Made by a program: the position numbers and the translations under genes. The notes below the pieces were generated by a model. That model did not search any database. It saw nothing but the letters and a program-made list of their open reading frames with translations, and had not been told where the DNA came from. DNA of 64,000 nucleotides. It comes from Candidatus Latescibacterota bacterium. Its GTDB lineage: Bacteria > Latescibacterota > UBA2968. The DNA lies in NCBI GenBank assembly GCA_965207885.1, contig OZ242311.1, forward strand, positions 384,001 to 448,000, written 5' to 3'. How positions within the stretch are numbered: the stretch's first letter is position 1; every line of letters begins with the position of its first letter. Shown piece after piece: positions 1 to 8,614 of the stretch.

Positions 1-476
1 GGATAGAAGCCGTGGCAGAGTTGATGGTCGTAGTAGCCGTAGTGGTAGTCCCATCCATGCCGATGAATGCGTTCTGGTGTTGTGGCAAAGCCCCACTCGA
101 GTTTGCCGATTTGTCCCGTGACATAGCCTGCGCGTTGTGCGATTTGTGCGAGGAAGACTTCGTCGGGGCGTTCTTGAAGGCCGGTGTTGTTGATGAGTTC
201 GGCGATGTGTTCAAAGGTCATCGCGCCTTCGGCCATGGGGCGGTAGAGACCGCCTCTGGTGAAGGTCCATCGGCCCGCGTGTGCGTCGTGATAGCCGGTC
301 ATGAGGCTGGCGCGCGCCGGGGCGCAAAAGATACAGCCATAGGCGCGGGTGAATTGCAAGCCTTCGCGGGAGAGGCGGTCGATATTGGGGGTTTGAAAGT
401 GTTTTTGGCCGTAGCAGGAGAGCATGCCGCGGCCGAGATCGTCGCCGTAGATGTAGATGATGTTGGGATTGGACAT
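1..476 (-). CDS. Sulfatase, N-terminal part (runs off the window start)
   Basis: Manual translation from ATG at 476: MSNPNIIYIYGDDLGRGMLSCYG...TPNIDRL...FCAPARASLMTG...GYVTGQIGK. Contains the CxPxR formylglycine motif. Absent from the ORF track because it has no stop in the window. Confidence 0.9.
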   Translation of the reverse strand, partial: MSNPNIIYIYGDDLGRGMLSCYGQKHFQTPNIDRLSREGLQFTRAYGCIFCAPARASLMTGYHDAHAGRWTFTRGGLYRPMAEGAMTFEHIAELINNTGLQERPDEVFLAQIAQRAGYVTGQIGKLEWGFATTPERIHRHGWDYHYGYYDHQLCHGFY

Positions 477-487
477 GGATATTCCTT

Positions 488-1552
488 TTATAGCTCGGTG
501 ACATCGATAGCCTTGCGCTGTGTTGTCGCCTGGTGCGCGGCGTGGATGATCGAGAGGTTGTGGCGGGCGTGTTCGGCGGTGATTGGGGGTGAGTTGCCTT
601 CTGCGAGTGCTTTGAAGGTGGCGGCAAAATAGTTGGCGTGTCCAGCGCGGGATAGGGCGTCTGTGCTGAGGCCGTGGTCGAGGTCAACGGGTTGCCATCT
701 GCGGTCGGCTTTGTCGAGGTAGCGGAGTTCGCGCCCGCGCCCGACAATGCGGATGGCATGTGTGCGGGTATAGACTTCGCATATACTCTGATCGCCGCCG
801 GGCATGCCCCAGGATGTTGAGACGGTAGAGATTGCGCCGTTTTCGTGTTCAAAGAGGAGGAAGGCGACGTCATCGACGTCGAAGTCGAAGAATTTGGTCT
901 GTACGCGGGCTTCGACATAGCGCACGGGTGAGCCGATCATGGTTTCGACGAGGTAAATTTCGTGGTACGCAGTGTCGCCGATACAGCCGCCGCCGGCTGC
1001 TTTTGATGCGCGCCAGACGTTGTTGGGGTCGGCCTGGTCTTCTGTTTTGCCAAAGAGGGAGAGGGCGCGGCCCGTTTGGGGTATGCCTGTGTTTTCCTCG
1101 CGCAGTAGTCTGAGTGCTTCTGCGGTGCCGGGTGTGTAGAGGAAGTTGTGTACTATGGCGTAGGGGACGTTGTGTTTTTTTACGGCGTCGAGGAGGCGGT
1201 CGGCTTCTTCGAGGGATGTTGCCATGGGTTTTTCCGAGATGATGGCGACGCCCGCCTGTGCGGCCTCGATGACGTGTTCGGCGTGCAGGTGATGGGGGGT
1301 GGCGATGATGACGGCGTCGAGTTCGGCGCGGTCGAGCATGTGGCGATGGTCTTCGTAGCGTTGTTCTAAAGTGATGTCTGCTGCTGTGCCAACGCGATTT
1401 CTGTTTTCGGGGATGGGATCGGCTATTGCCGAGATATTTACGAGATCGGGTATATCGAGCAGGCCCTGGAGATGGGATTTTTGGACGATGCCGCCGCAGC
1501 CGATCAGGCCCAGGCGGATGGGGTGGTTTTGTTCACGGGGCATTGCGACCAT
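488..1552 (-). CDS. Gfo/Idh/MocA family oxidoreductase
   Basis: LGLIGCGGI Rossmann motif, ATPHHLH, SEKPMA, GGGCIGDTAYHE. Confidence 0.9.
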   Translation of the reverse strand: MVAMPREQNHPIRLGLIGCGGIVQKSHLQGLLDIPDLVNISAIADPIPENRNRVGTAADITLEQRYEDHRHMLDRAELDAVIIATPHHLHAEHVIEAAQAGVAIISEKPMATSLEEADRLLDAVKKHNVPYAIVHNFLYTPGTAEALRLLREENTGIPQTGRALSLFGKTEDQADPNNVWRASKAAGGGCIGDTAYHEIYLVETMIGSPVRYVEARVQTKFFDFDVDDVAFLLFEHENGAISTVSTSWGMPGGDQSICEVYTRTHAIRIVGRGRELRYLDKADRRWQPVDLDHGLSTDALSRAGHANYFAATFKALAEGNSPPITAEHARHNLSIIHAAHQATTQRKAIDVTEL

Positions 1553-2642
1553 TCCTTTCTGCGATTTTTTGCGCGATGTATTCCGCGTCGCGTCCCACGC
1601 CGCGCAGGAGATGCGATCCGACGGTGTGTTGAAATTTCAAGCCGACGAAGAACAGGCCCGGGATGCAGACGCCGCGTCTGTGAATGGGTCCGTTTTTGTC
1701 AAATGCGGATTCGGGATGATGCACGCGGATGAATTTGTGGTCGGGTCTAAAGCCGGTACACCATAAGACGGTCAGGTTTCCTAAGCTGACAATTTTGTCG
1801 TTGGCACAGACGATTCCGCGATGGTCGGCATCTATTACGCGACCGACTCGTTGTACGCCATAGTGTTTTGAAAGCCAGCGCGGCGATGGCGCCATGGCGG
1901 GGTCGCCGCCCTGCCATTGGTGCATAATACGCCGTCCGATCAGCGTTTGTCGCTGGATTTCAAATACTGGGAGCATGCGCGAGAATACGCCGATGGGGAT
2001 TCCCAGTATAGACCATGGGACGACGCCGTTGCCGCTGAGTGCAAATGAGAGGTTTTCAAATTGATCCGATTGTGCCAGGTCCAGGCAGATTTGGACGCCA
2101 CTACTGCCGCTGCCGACGATGAGGACGTTTGGCGTTGTGATCTGGTCGGGGTTTCGATAGGCCGATGAGTGTAGCTGGGGGGTTGTTTGCGGCAGTTTTC
2201 TGGCGGCGTCTGGGACAAAGGGACGGGCTGCATGTCCGGTGCAGATGGCGACGTTGGTCGTTTGATACGTTTTGGTGTCTGTATGCACGTGCCAGGTGTT
2301 TTCTCCTTCGGCGACTTGCGTGACGGTGACGCCTTCTTTTAATGGCGGATTGACCATCTGGCGATACGCCTGGAAATAGTCGACTGCTTCTTCGCGTGTG
2401 GCAGTGTCATACCAGGCTTTGTGCGGTGCAAATGGTTTTTGCATGCCGGGCAAGGTGTTCATCCAATTGGCTGTGTTTAACCGGAAGCTGTCCCAGCAGT
2501 TGTGCCACGCAGAGAACGCCCGGTCGCGTTCCAATACGAGGTGCTCGACCCCGCGTTTTTGCAAGAAATAACTCAGTGTTATGCCGGCTTGTCCACCGCC
2601 TATAACGATGGTGTTTATTATATGGTGGTCTTTACGCATCAA
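1533..2642 (-). CDS. Flavin-containing monooxygenase-like FAD/NAD(P)-dependent oxidoreductase (CzcO/ArsO-like)
   Basis: IGGGQAG FAD motif, WDSFRL, QLHSSAYRNP fingerprint, VGSGSSG NADP motif, CTGFRPD, GVGRDA. Confidence 0.85.
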   Translation of the reverse strand: MMRKDHHIINTIVIGGGQAGITLSYFLQKRGVEHLVLERDRAFSAWHNCWDSFRLNTANWMNTLPGMQKPFAPHKAWYDTATREEAVDYFQAYRQMVNPPLKEGVTVTQVAEGENTWHVHTDTKTYQTTNVAICTGHAARPFVPDAARKLPQTTPQLHSSAYRNPDQITTPNVLIVGSGSSGVQICLDLAQSDQFENLSFALSGNGVVPWSILGIPIGVFSRMLPVFEIQRQTLIGRRIMHQWQGGDPAMAPSPRWLSKHYGVQRVGRVIDADHRGIVCANDKIVSLGNLTVLWCTGFRPDHKFIRVHHPESAFDKNGPIHRRGVCIPGLFFVGLKFQHTVGSHLLRGVGRDAEYIAQKIAERNGRNAP

Positions 2643-2660
2643 TCAATCCTATCAACAGAG

Positions 2661-2698
2661 CCGTCATCGCGGCGTGGCGTTGAGCCGCGATCCAGAAG
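2661..2698. repeat. Palindromic REP/RPE-like element, copy 1 (inverted relative to 29213-29250)
   Basis: The reverse complement CTTCTGGATCGCGGCTCAACGCCACGCCGCGATGACGG matches 29213-29250 except in the loop. It supplies the last codons and stop of the 819-aa CDS. Confidence 0.75.
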
Positions 2699-5123
2699 AT
2701 TTTCGCTTCTGTTCCACAAAAACCAGAGCCAGAGCTCCCAATAACATAACTGCTGAGAAGCCAATAAGACCTCTTCGCAGAGGAGAGAGTCGCGCTTGAA
2801 TCACAATATCGTGCTCACCAGCCTCAAGAGGCAACGCAATGAAGCGGCCAGCCGTTTCCAGAGGTTCTACAGGTGTTCCATCTACAGTAATCTGCAAATA
2901 GGGAAAATACGCATAAGATAGTCGCGCATAGCAGGCTTCGGAGATAGCCACCTTCATTTCTACCTGTTGGTGGCGAACCACATGTGCCAGGACCTGTGCC
3001 GTTGGCTCTGTCCCCAGGTCGCTTCCCTCCTGGTCCCGAATGAAAATGTGTTCACAGGAATTGTTCTGAGGGCGGATGCCCATCTCGCCAATGATCCACA
3101 GGACTTGCGAAATTGAGCGTGCAGACAGGCTGTCCGGGTTGGCACTGGTGATTTCGACGTGATAGGCAGACTCCGAATCATAACTGACCAGGCGCGAGGA
3201 GACGATGATCGGGCTGTTGGGAGCGAGGGAAATCGGCCGGAATTCATTATTTGATGACAAGATCACGTAGCGCGTATTGAGCAGGTAAAAGCCCCCTCTC
3301 AGCAGTACCATTTCGGTTTCGTTCGTGTTAAACCGGTCAGGTTTTGTTGCCAAAGCTGTTTCCATATAGCGTGCCATCTGGAGGAAGGGATCCGTAAATG
3401 TGCTGCGGGTACGCAGTTCTCCCGGGTGAAATGCCTCGGATATCGGTGTTTCGTGCATAAAGAGTGGGAATGCCATGCGTAAGAAGGGAAATTGATCATT
3501 ATCTATCCAATGTGCGCGATAATTGGGCAATTCGCCCCGCTCTGAAAAGGGGGTGGATGCTTTCCAAATATCTTCAAATCCACCACTCGAAGACCGGTCA
3601 GGAGACTGTTGATAGGCATGCAAGAAGGTGGTGGGGAAGAGATCGATCCATAAAAAAAGAAACAAGAGAGTAAAACAGCGATTTCGCGAGAGCCATCCGG
3701 GGCGGTGCTGCAAAAGTATGAGTGTGCCAATGCCCGCTGCGAGTGCGAGAAAGAACGCGAGAAAGAGCAGGTAGCGGGAGGCGTTGGAGGCATGGACGAG
3801 CGACAGCATATTGAACGGGGGCAGGCGGTAGGCAAAGATGATCAGAACAGATAACACCAGACAGGCCCAACTTGCCACAAAGTGCCGCAGGCCGTTGCGC
3901 CGGAACAGCGCGATCCCGACGCCAGCCAGAGCCAACACGCACAAGGAGATGCCCAAATATCCGCCGTACCAGTGGAATGGTTCGGGAGGTATCAGCCAAA
4001 AGCGGTGGTTTGACCAGCCCAGCAGGTGTCGCCAGGTGGGGTCGGGCTGGCTGGCCATGCCGACTTGCTCGGTGGTGCCTTTTAAGCCGAAGCGGAAGTC
4101 GTGCATGTCGGTATGCTCGCGTTCGAACCACATACCGATGTTCATGTAGGCACTAAAAGCGACGCCCAGGATCAGGAGTAAAACGCCAGCGCGGAAGATC
4201 GATTTCAGGTCGGGATAGCTCCATAAGGACCAGAGCCGTACGACACAGTAGCATCCCCAAAATACCATCGCATAAGTCCCGTAGCCCGGGTGCGTGAAAT
4301 TTAGCAGGGCGATGCCCAATCCTCCTATGAGGGCCGCTCGCACTTTGTATGACGAACGAACCATGTACTCGACCGCATAGAAGGGCCAGGGCAAGAGGGC
4401 GTAAAATAGAGACAGGGGCAATCGTCCCATGATGAGTACATGCTGCGTGTGCCAAAAACAGAGTACATAGCCCAGACCTGCGATAAACCCGGCGCGGCGA
4501 GATTGGCACAGGCTGCTCGCCAGATAGTACATGCCGATGCCAGAGAGTACGTGTGTGGTGCCCATGACCAGTTTTAGAGACAGGAATATATCCCGGCAAA
4601 AGAAATCGACCAGGCCGACGAGATAAAAGAAGGCAAAGCCGTAATTTTGCATGTAAGGCGATCCATTGCCCAGGAAGAATGTCCACATGGGCAATTCGCC
4701 GTCCGCGAAGGCTCTGGCGACGAGATAGGATTGGGCGATATGGTGGGAAGCATCTGCGGCCCAGTGCATGCCGCCGCGGGCAAAGTAAAAACGGACGCAT
4801 ACGAGCGAGCAGGCCAGAAGCAAAAACAGGGTTTTGCGCTCGCTGAAGAACACATTTTGCAAAAAGTCGGTGAGTGCCCGTTTGCTCTTCTCTTGCCACA
4901 AGACCAGTGCGCTGGTCGCAAGGAACAGGACAGACAGCGAGATATCAATCCATCCGAAAGAGACATTCTCATTAATGGCCTGTATATATTCTGTCAGGGT
5001 ACCGAAGGTTTTGGCTGGGGAAAGCACCGAGAGTTTGTCAATCGTGATGTACTGCATACAGATCGATAAACAGCCCAGGAAGATCAGTATCCACAATGTG
5101 GGAAATGGACGCTTGTAGATCAC
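2664..5123 (-). CDS. Polytopic membrane protein, YfhO / PTPS-related (putative GT-C glycosyltransferase)
   Basis: Many TM segments; ADASHH and LPMWTFFLGNGSPY loop; C-terminal YFPYLQITVDG...FIALPLEAGEHDIVI YfhO-like tail. Confidence 0.65.
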   Translation of the reverse strand: MIYKRPFPTLWILIFLGCLSICMQYITIDKLSVLSPAKTFGTLTEYIQAINENVSFGWIDISLSVLFLATSALVLWQEKSKRALTDFLQNVFFSERKTLFLLLACSLVCVRFYFARGGMHWAADASHHIAQSYLVARAFADGELPMWTFFLGNGSPYMQNYGFAFFYLVGLVDFFCRDIFLSLKLVMGTTHVLSGIGMYYLASSLCQSRRAGFIAGLGYVLCFWHTQHVLIMGRLPLSLFYALLPWPFYAVEYMVRSSYKVRAALIGGLGIALLNFTHPGYGTYAMVFWGCYCVVRLWSLWSYPDLKSIFRAGVLLLILGVAFSAYMNIGMWFEREHTDMHDFRFGLKGTTEQVGMASQPDPTWRHLLGWSNHRFWLIPPEPFHWYGGYLGISLCVLALAGVGIALFRRNGLRHFVASWACLVLSVLIIFAYRLPPFNMLSLVHASNASRYLLFLAFFLALAAGIGTLILLQHRPGWLSRNRCFTLLFLFLWIDLFPTTFLHAYQQSPDRSSSGGFEDIWKASTPFSERGELPNYRAHWIDNDQFPFLRMAFPLFMHETPISEAFHPGELRTRSTFTDPFLQMARYMETALATKPDRFNTNETEMVLLRGGFYLLNTRYVILSSNNEFRPISLAPNSPIIVSSRLVSYDSESAYHVEITSANPDSLSARSISQVLWIIGEMGIRPQNNSCEHIFIRDQEGSDLGTEPTAQVLAHVVRHQQVEMKVAISEACYARLSYAYFPYLQITVDGTPVEPLETAGRFIALPLEAGEHDIVIQARLSPLRRGLIGFSAVMLLGALALVFVEQKRKSSGSRLNATPR

Positions 5124-5281
5124 AGAGTCAGCCTTCTTGTGTTTGGGTTACACTTTATATTTCAAAATAGCGCGTTGCCAGAAGTTTTGCAAGCCAGTTC
5201 AAATTTGGTCTGACGATGGGGGATTTTGGATGTATATTGAAGTGGTGCGTTTTTATAGCTTTGGATTGAAAGGATGGGATT

Positions 5282-6841
5282 ATGTTGATGACTGGCGGTC
5301 AGGCTGTGGTTGAGACATTGGATGCATGGGGAGTGGATGTGGTGTTTGGTATTCCGGGAGTTCACACGCTCGCGCTTTACGATGCGCTTTACGAGCATCC
5401 GCGAATTCGGCATGTGACGACGCGGCACGAGCAGGGGGCGGGTTTTATGGCCGATGGGTATGCGCGGGCTTCTGGGCGCGTGGGCGTGGCGTTGACGACG
5501 ACGGGTCCGGCGGCGGTGAATGCGTTGACGCCGATTGGGGAAGCGCACGCGGAGTCGTCGCCCGTGTTGCTGATATGTAGTGGTCCGACGGATGAAACAA
5601 ATGGCACAGATGCGGGTGTCTTACATGATATGCGGGACCAGTTTGGGACGTTGTTTTCGGTGACGGGGCGCGGGCAGCGCGTTTCGCGTGTAGAGGAGAT
5701 ACCAGATGCGCTATCAGAGGGTTTTGAGGCGATGAAGTACGGGCGTCCCCGTCCCTATATTTTTGAAGTTCCACTGGATGTTTTTAAGGAAGAAGCAGAT
5801 GTAAAGATTGACGAGCCAGCGCACCGCCCGCCGCATAAGCCTGAGGAGGCTGCGCTCAATGCAGCGGCGGAGATGATTCAGTCTGCGCGTAAGCCGGTGT
5901 TGATCGCGGGTGGGGGAACGCAAGATGCGAGCGATGATGTGATTAAGTTAGCGGAAAAACTCGGCTTGCCGGTGGCTGTTACCGCCAATGGGCAGGGGGC
6001 TGTTCCGGCGGATCACCCTTTGCTGGTGCGCGGTGAGGCGATGAACAAGTGTTTGAACGAGGCGGATGTGGTGATTGCTGTGGGTACGCGTTTGGGCTTT
6101 CGATTTGAGCAGATGTGGAAGGGGACACCGGAGAAGCTCATTCATCTGGATATTGATCCGGAGGTGATCGGGCGGTCGTTTGAGCCAGATGTTGCGCTGA
6201 TTGGCGATGCGGGCGAGGGGTTGAGGGGGTTGTACGCGCGGTTGGATGGGGTAAAGTCCGCGTGGGATGTCCGTGGTTCTGTGTCGCAGGCGTCCGGTCA
6301 GTGGGAGGAGAAACCTTTTCCCGAATTGTTGGGGGTTTTGCGGGATGTTCTGGATCGGGATGCGGTGGTTGTGAACGATATGACGATGATTAGCTATCAG
6401 GCGCGTCGCCATTTTCCGGTTTATCAGCCGCGCACGTTTTTGTCGCCCACGGTTTATGGAACGCTGGGGTTTTCCATGCCAGCGGCTGTGGGTGCCAAGG
6501 TCGCGTGTCCAGATAAGCAGGTGGTGTCGCTGTGTGGCGATGGTGGGTTTATGTACACGGCGACAGAGCTTTCGACCGCGGTTCAGCAGGGGGTGTCATT
6601 GCCGGTTGTTTTGTGCAATGACAATACTTATGACGCGATTAAACGCGCGCAAGATCGGGAATGTGATGGGCGGAATATTGCCGTGGAGTTGGCGAATCCC
6701 GATTTTGTGATGTTTGCACAGAGTTTTGGTGTGCAGAGCGTTCGCGTGACTGATGGACAGGGATTTGGTGAGGCGCTCGAAGAGGCGTTGCAGGCTGAGG
6801 GTCCGACGCTGATTGAGGTTTTTTTGCCTGATTATTCTTGA
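5282..6841 (+). CDS. Thiamine pyrophosphate-dependent enzyme (acetolactate synthase-like family)
   Basis: VFGIPGVH, RHEQGAGFMADGYAR, GDGGFMY...NDN TPP-binding motif. Confidence 0.9.
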   Translation: MLMTGGQAVVETLDAWGVDVVFGIPGVHTLALYDALYEHPRIRHVTTRHEQGAGFMADGYARASGRVGVALTTTGPAAVNALTPIGEAHAESSPVLLICSGPTDETNGTDAGVLHDMRDQFGTLFSVTGRGQRVSRVEEIPDALSEGFEAMKYGRPRPYIFEVPLDVFKEEADVKIDEPAHRPPHKPEEAALNAAAEMIQSARKPVLIAGGGTQDASDDVIKLAEKLGLPVAVTANGQGAVPADHPLLVRGEAMNKCLNEADVVIAVGTRLGFRFEQMWKGTPEKLIHLDIDPEVIGRSFEPDVALIGDAGEGLRGLYARLDGVKSAWDVRGSVSQASGQWEEKPFPELLGVLRDVLDRDAVVVNDMTMISYQARRHFPVYQPRTFLSPTVYGTLGFSMPAAVGAKVACPDKQVVSLCGDGGFMYTATELSTAVQQGVSLPVVLCNDNTYDAIKRAQDRECDGRNIAVELANPDFVMFAQSFGVQSVRVTDGQGFGEALEEALQAEGPTLIEVFLPDYS

Positions 6842-6892
6842 GAAGTGCATCCTTATAAGTATTTAGATAGAGATAGGACACGGGAGAATGTT

Positions 6893-8611
6893 ATGGCAAC
6901 AAAGCGAAAAAAGAGGCGGCACAGAGGGGCTGCTGGCAAGGCGAATGCAGATTTGACGGCGCATATTCGGTCGCTGGGGTTGACGAGTGTGGGGCAATAT
7001 CAGGCGTGGTGTCGCGATCACGGTTTTAATGGGGCGCTGAATAAGAGCTGGCAGGAACGACGGCAGGAGCGCAAGGTTGCAGACCGGGCGATTGATGAGG
7101 AATTGGCCGAGCAGGAATTTGTGCGCCATATCAGCGCGTTGGGGTTAAAGACGGTTGCGGATTATACCGCGTGGTGTACTGCGCACGGGTTGAGTACGGG
7201 GACGCACAAGAGTGTTGCTCAACGCAAGAAAGAGCGCGATTTGGCCGAGCGCATAGAGAGCGATGCGGTTTTGGCGAGGATGAAAAATCACACGCGGCGG
7301 CCACAAGAGACGATTCAGGCGATTTATGAGGGCAAGCTGTCGGAGGCGGAGTTAAATCGCCCGCATTTGCAAAAGATCCAGCGGGCTTTTGATGGGCTGG
7401 GGAGAGACCGCAAGGGGCGGCGCGCGCTGTTGCAGTTGTTGCTTCACGTAGAAAAACGAGGCGATTTTTTTGACGTCAAGCCCGCGATTGTGCGCCTGGG
7501 TCCCTGTGATGGCAATACATTTATCGAGGGTTTGGGCGCCCTGGCGCGCTGGCACAAGCGGTGGTTGCGCGATCCAGGGGAGTGGCGGCCAGACTCGCAC
7601 AATGGGCGCAAGCAGTTTGGTTCACTTGCGCGACATTTGCTCGCGAAGTACGATGTGCCCGCGTTTATGGATATTGCGTGGTTTCTCGGTGAGGAAGACG
7701 AGGCGCGGCAGCAGCAGGGATGGTTTGTGCATGTGGGAACGGGTGGAAATATTCGCAAGGCAGATGTTCCGCTGACGCTGACGAAGAAGATGGCGCATTT
7801 GTTTTTGGAGTCGCCGCACGATTGCACGATTTACGAGGCGTTTCGGCGGGGTCAAATTCTGGGGCTTGGCGGGGAGGAGCCGCTGGTGCGCGCGGTGAAC
7901 AGTACGCGGTTGGGGTCGTCTTTTGGATGCGAGGATTTCTGGCATAAGGTGGTGCATTTTTTTGTGAATAATCCAATGCTCGATCCCGATGAGGTGGGAC
8001 CGATTGTGGATTATATTCACAATCAGAAATACGTGCCTCGAGAAGAGACGGTTGGTGGCGAGGTTGTGCAGTTGCCTCCCGAGCAGCCGAATTTTTCGAT
8101 TAAGGGACGCAGTATGGTCAAGTTGCTTCGGCAGGTCGAGATGTGGCACCGGCAGTTGGCGCGGCAGAATCGCTTGCCCGCAAAGGTGTGGGCGCCTTCG
8201 GGTCTCAATGATCTGGATTGGACGGCGACGGATAATTATGGGAATGAAAAGGAGCGGTGGACGATTACGGAGTTGCTGTCGGTCAAAGAGTTGTCCCTCG
8301 AGGGACGCAAGATGCACCACTGCGTGGGGTCTTATGCGAATAATTGCAAAACCGGGAGGTCGTCGATCTGGACAATGCAGGTTACGACGCCAGAGGATGA
8401 GACGCATCGGGTGATGACGATTGCGGTGCAAAATGGCAGCCGAAGCATTACGCAGGCGCGCGGGAAGTGCAATGCGCGACCCAATGGCAGGACGCCCAGT
8501 GGCAAGCGTCGGGATTTTAGCAAGGAGTATGAACGCCATTTGCGGAAGTCGCGCCATGTGTTGTATTTGTGGCGAGAGCAAGAGGGGTTGTCTATGTCGC
8601 GTGGTGTGTGA
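6893..8611 (+). CDS. PcfJ domain-containing protein
   Basis: C-terminal ELSLEGRKMHHCVGSY...SSIWTM...MTIAV...ITQARGKCNARP is typical of PcfJ-like proteins; ATG at 6893 follows GGAG. Confidence 0.75.
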   Translation: MATKRKKRRHRGAAGKANADLTAHIRSLGLTSVGQYQAWCRDHGFNGALNKSWQERRQERKVADRAIDEELAEQEFVRHISALGLKTVADYTAWCTAHGLSTGTHKSVAQRKKERDLAERIESDAVLARMKNHTRRPQETIQAIYEGKLSEAELNRPHLQKIQRAFDGLGRDRKGRRALLQLLLHVEKRGDFFDVKPAIVRLGPCDGNTFIEGLGALARWHKRWLRDPGEWRPDSHNGRKQFGSLARHLLAKYDVPAFMDIAWFLGEEDEARQQQGWFVHVGTGGNIRKADVPLTLTKKMAHLFLESPHDCTIYEAFRRGQILGLGGEEPLVRAVNSTRLGSSFGCEDFWHKVVHFFVNNPMLDPDEVGPIVDYIHNQKYVPREETVGGEVVQLPPEQPNFSIKGRSMVKLLRQVEMWHRQLARQNRLPAKVWAPSGLNDLDWTATDNYGNEKERWTITELLSVKELSLEGRKMHHCVGSYANNCKTGRSSIWTMQVTTPEDETHRVMTIAVQNGSRSITQARGKCNARPNGRTPSGKRRDFSKEYERHLRKSRHVLYLWREQEGLSMSRGV

Positions 8612-8614
8612 GGG

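Noticed and set aside
12-918. ORFs 12..632 (+) and 211..918 (-)
   Set aside because: Shadow frames of the sulfatase (1-476) and oxidoreductase genes.
7622-8581. 319-aa antisense ORF and similar long antisense ORFs (20363-21325, 32060-32974, 34765-35694, 37642-38538, 43943-45184, 52553-53437)
   Set aside because: They lie opposite well-supported genes, show no motifs, and are expected from codon bias.
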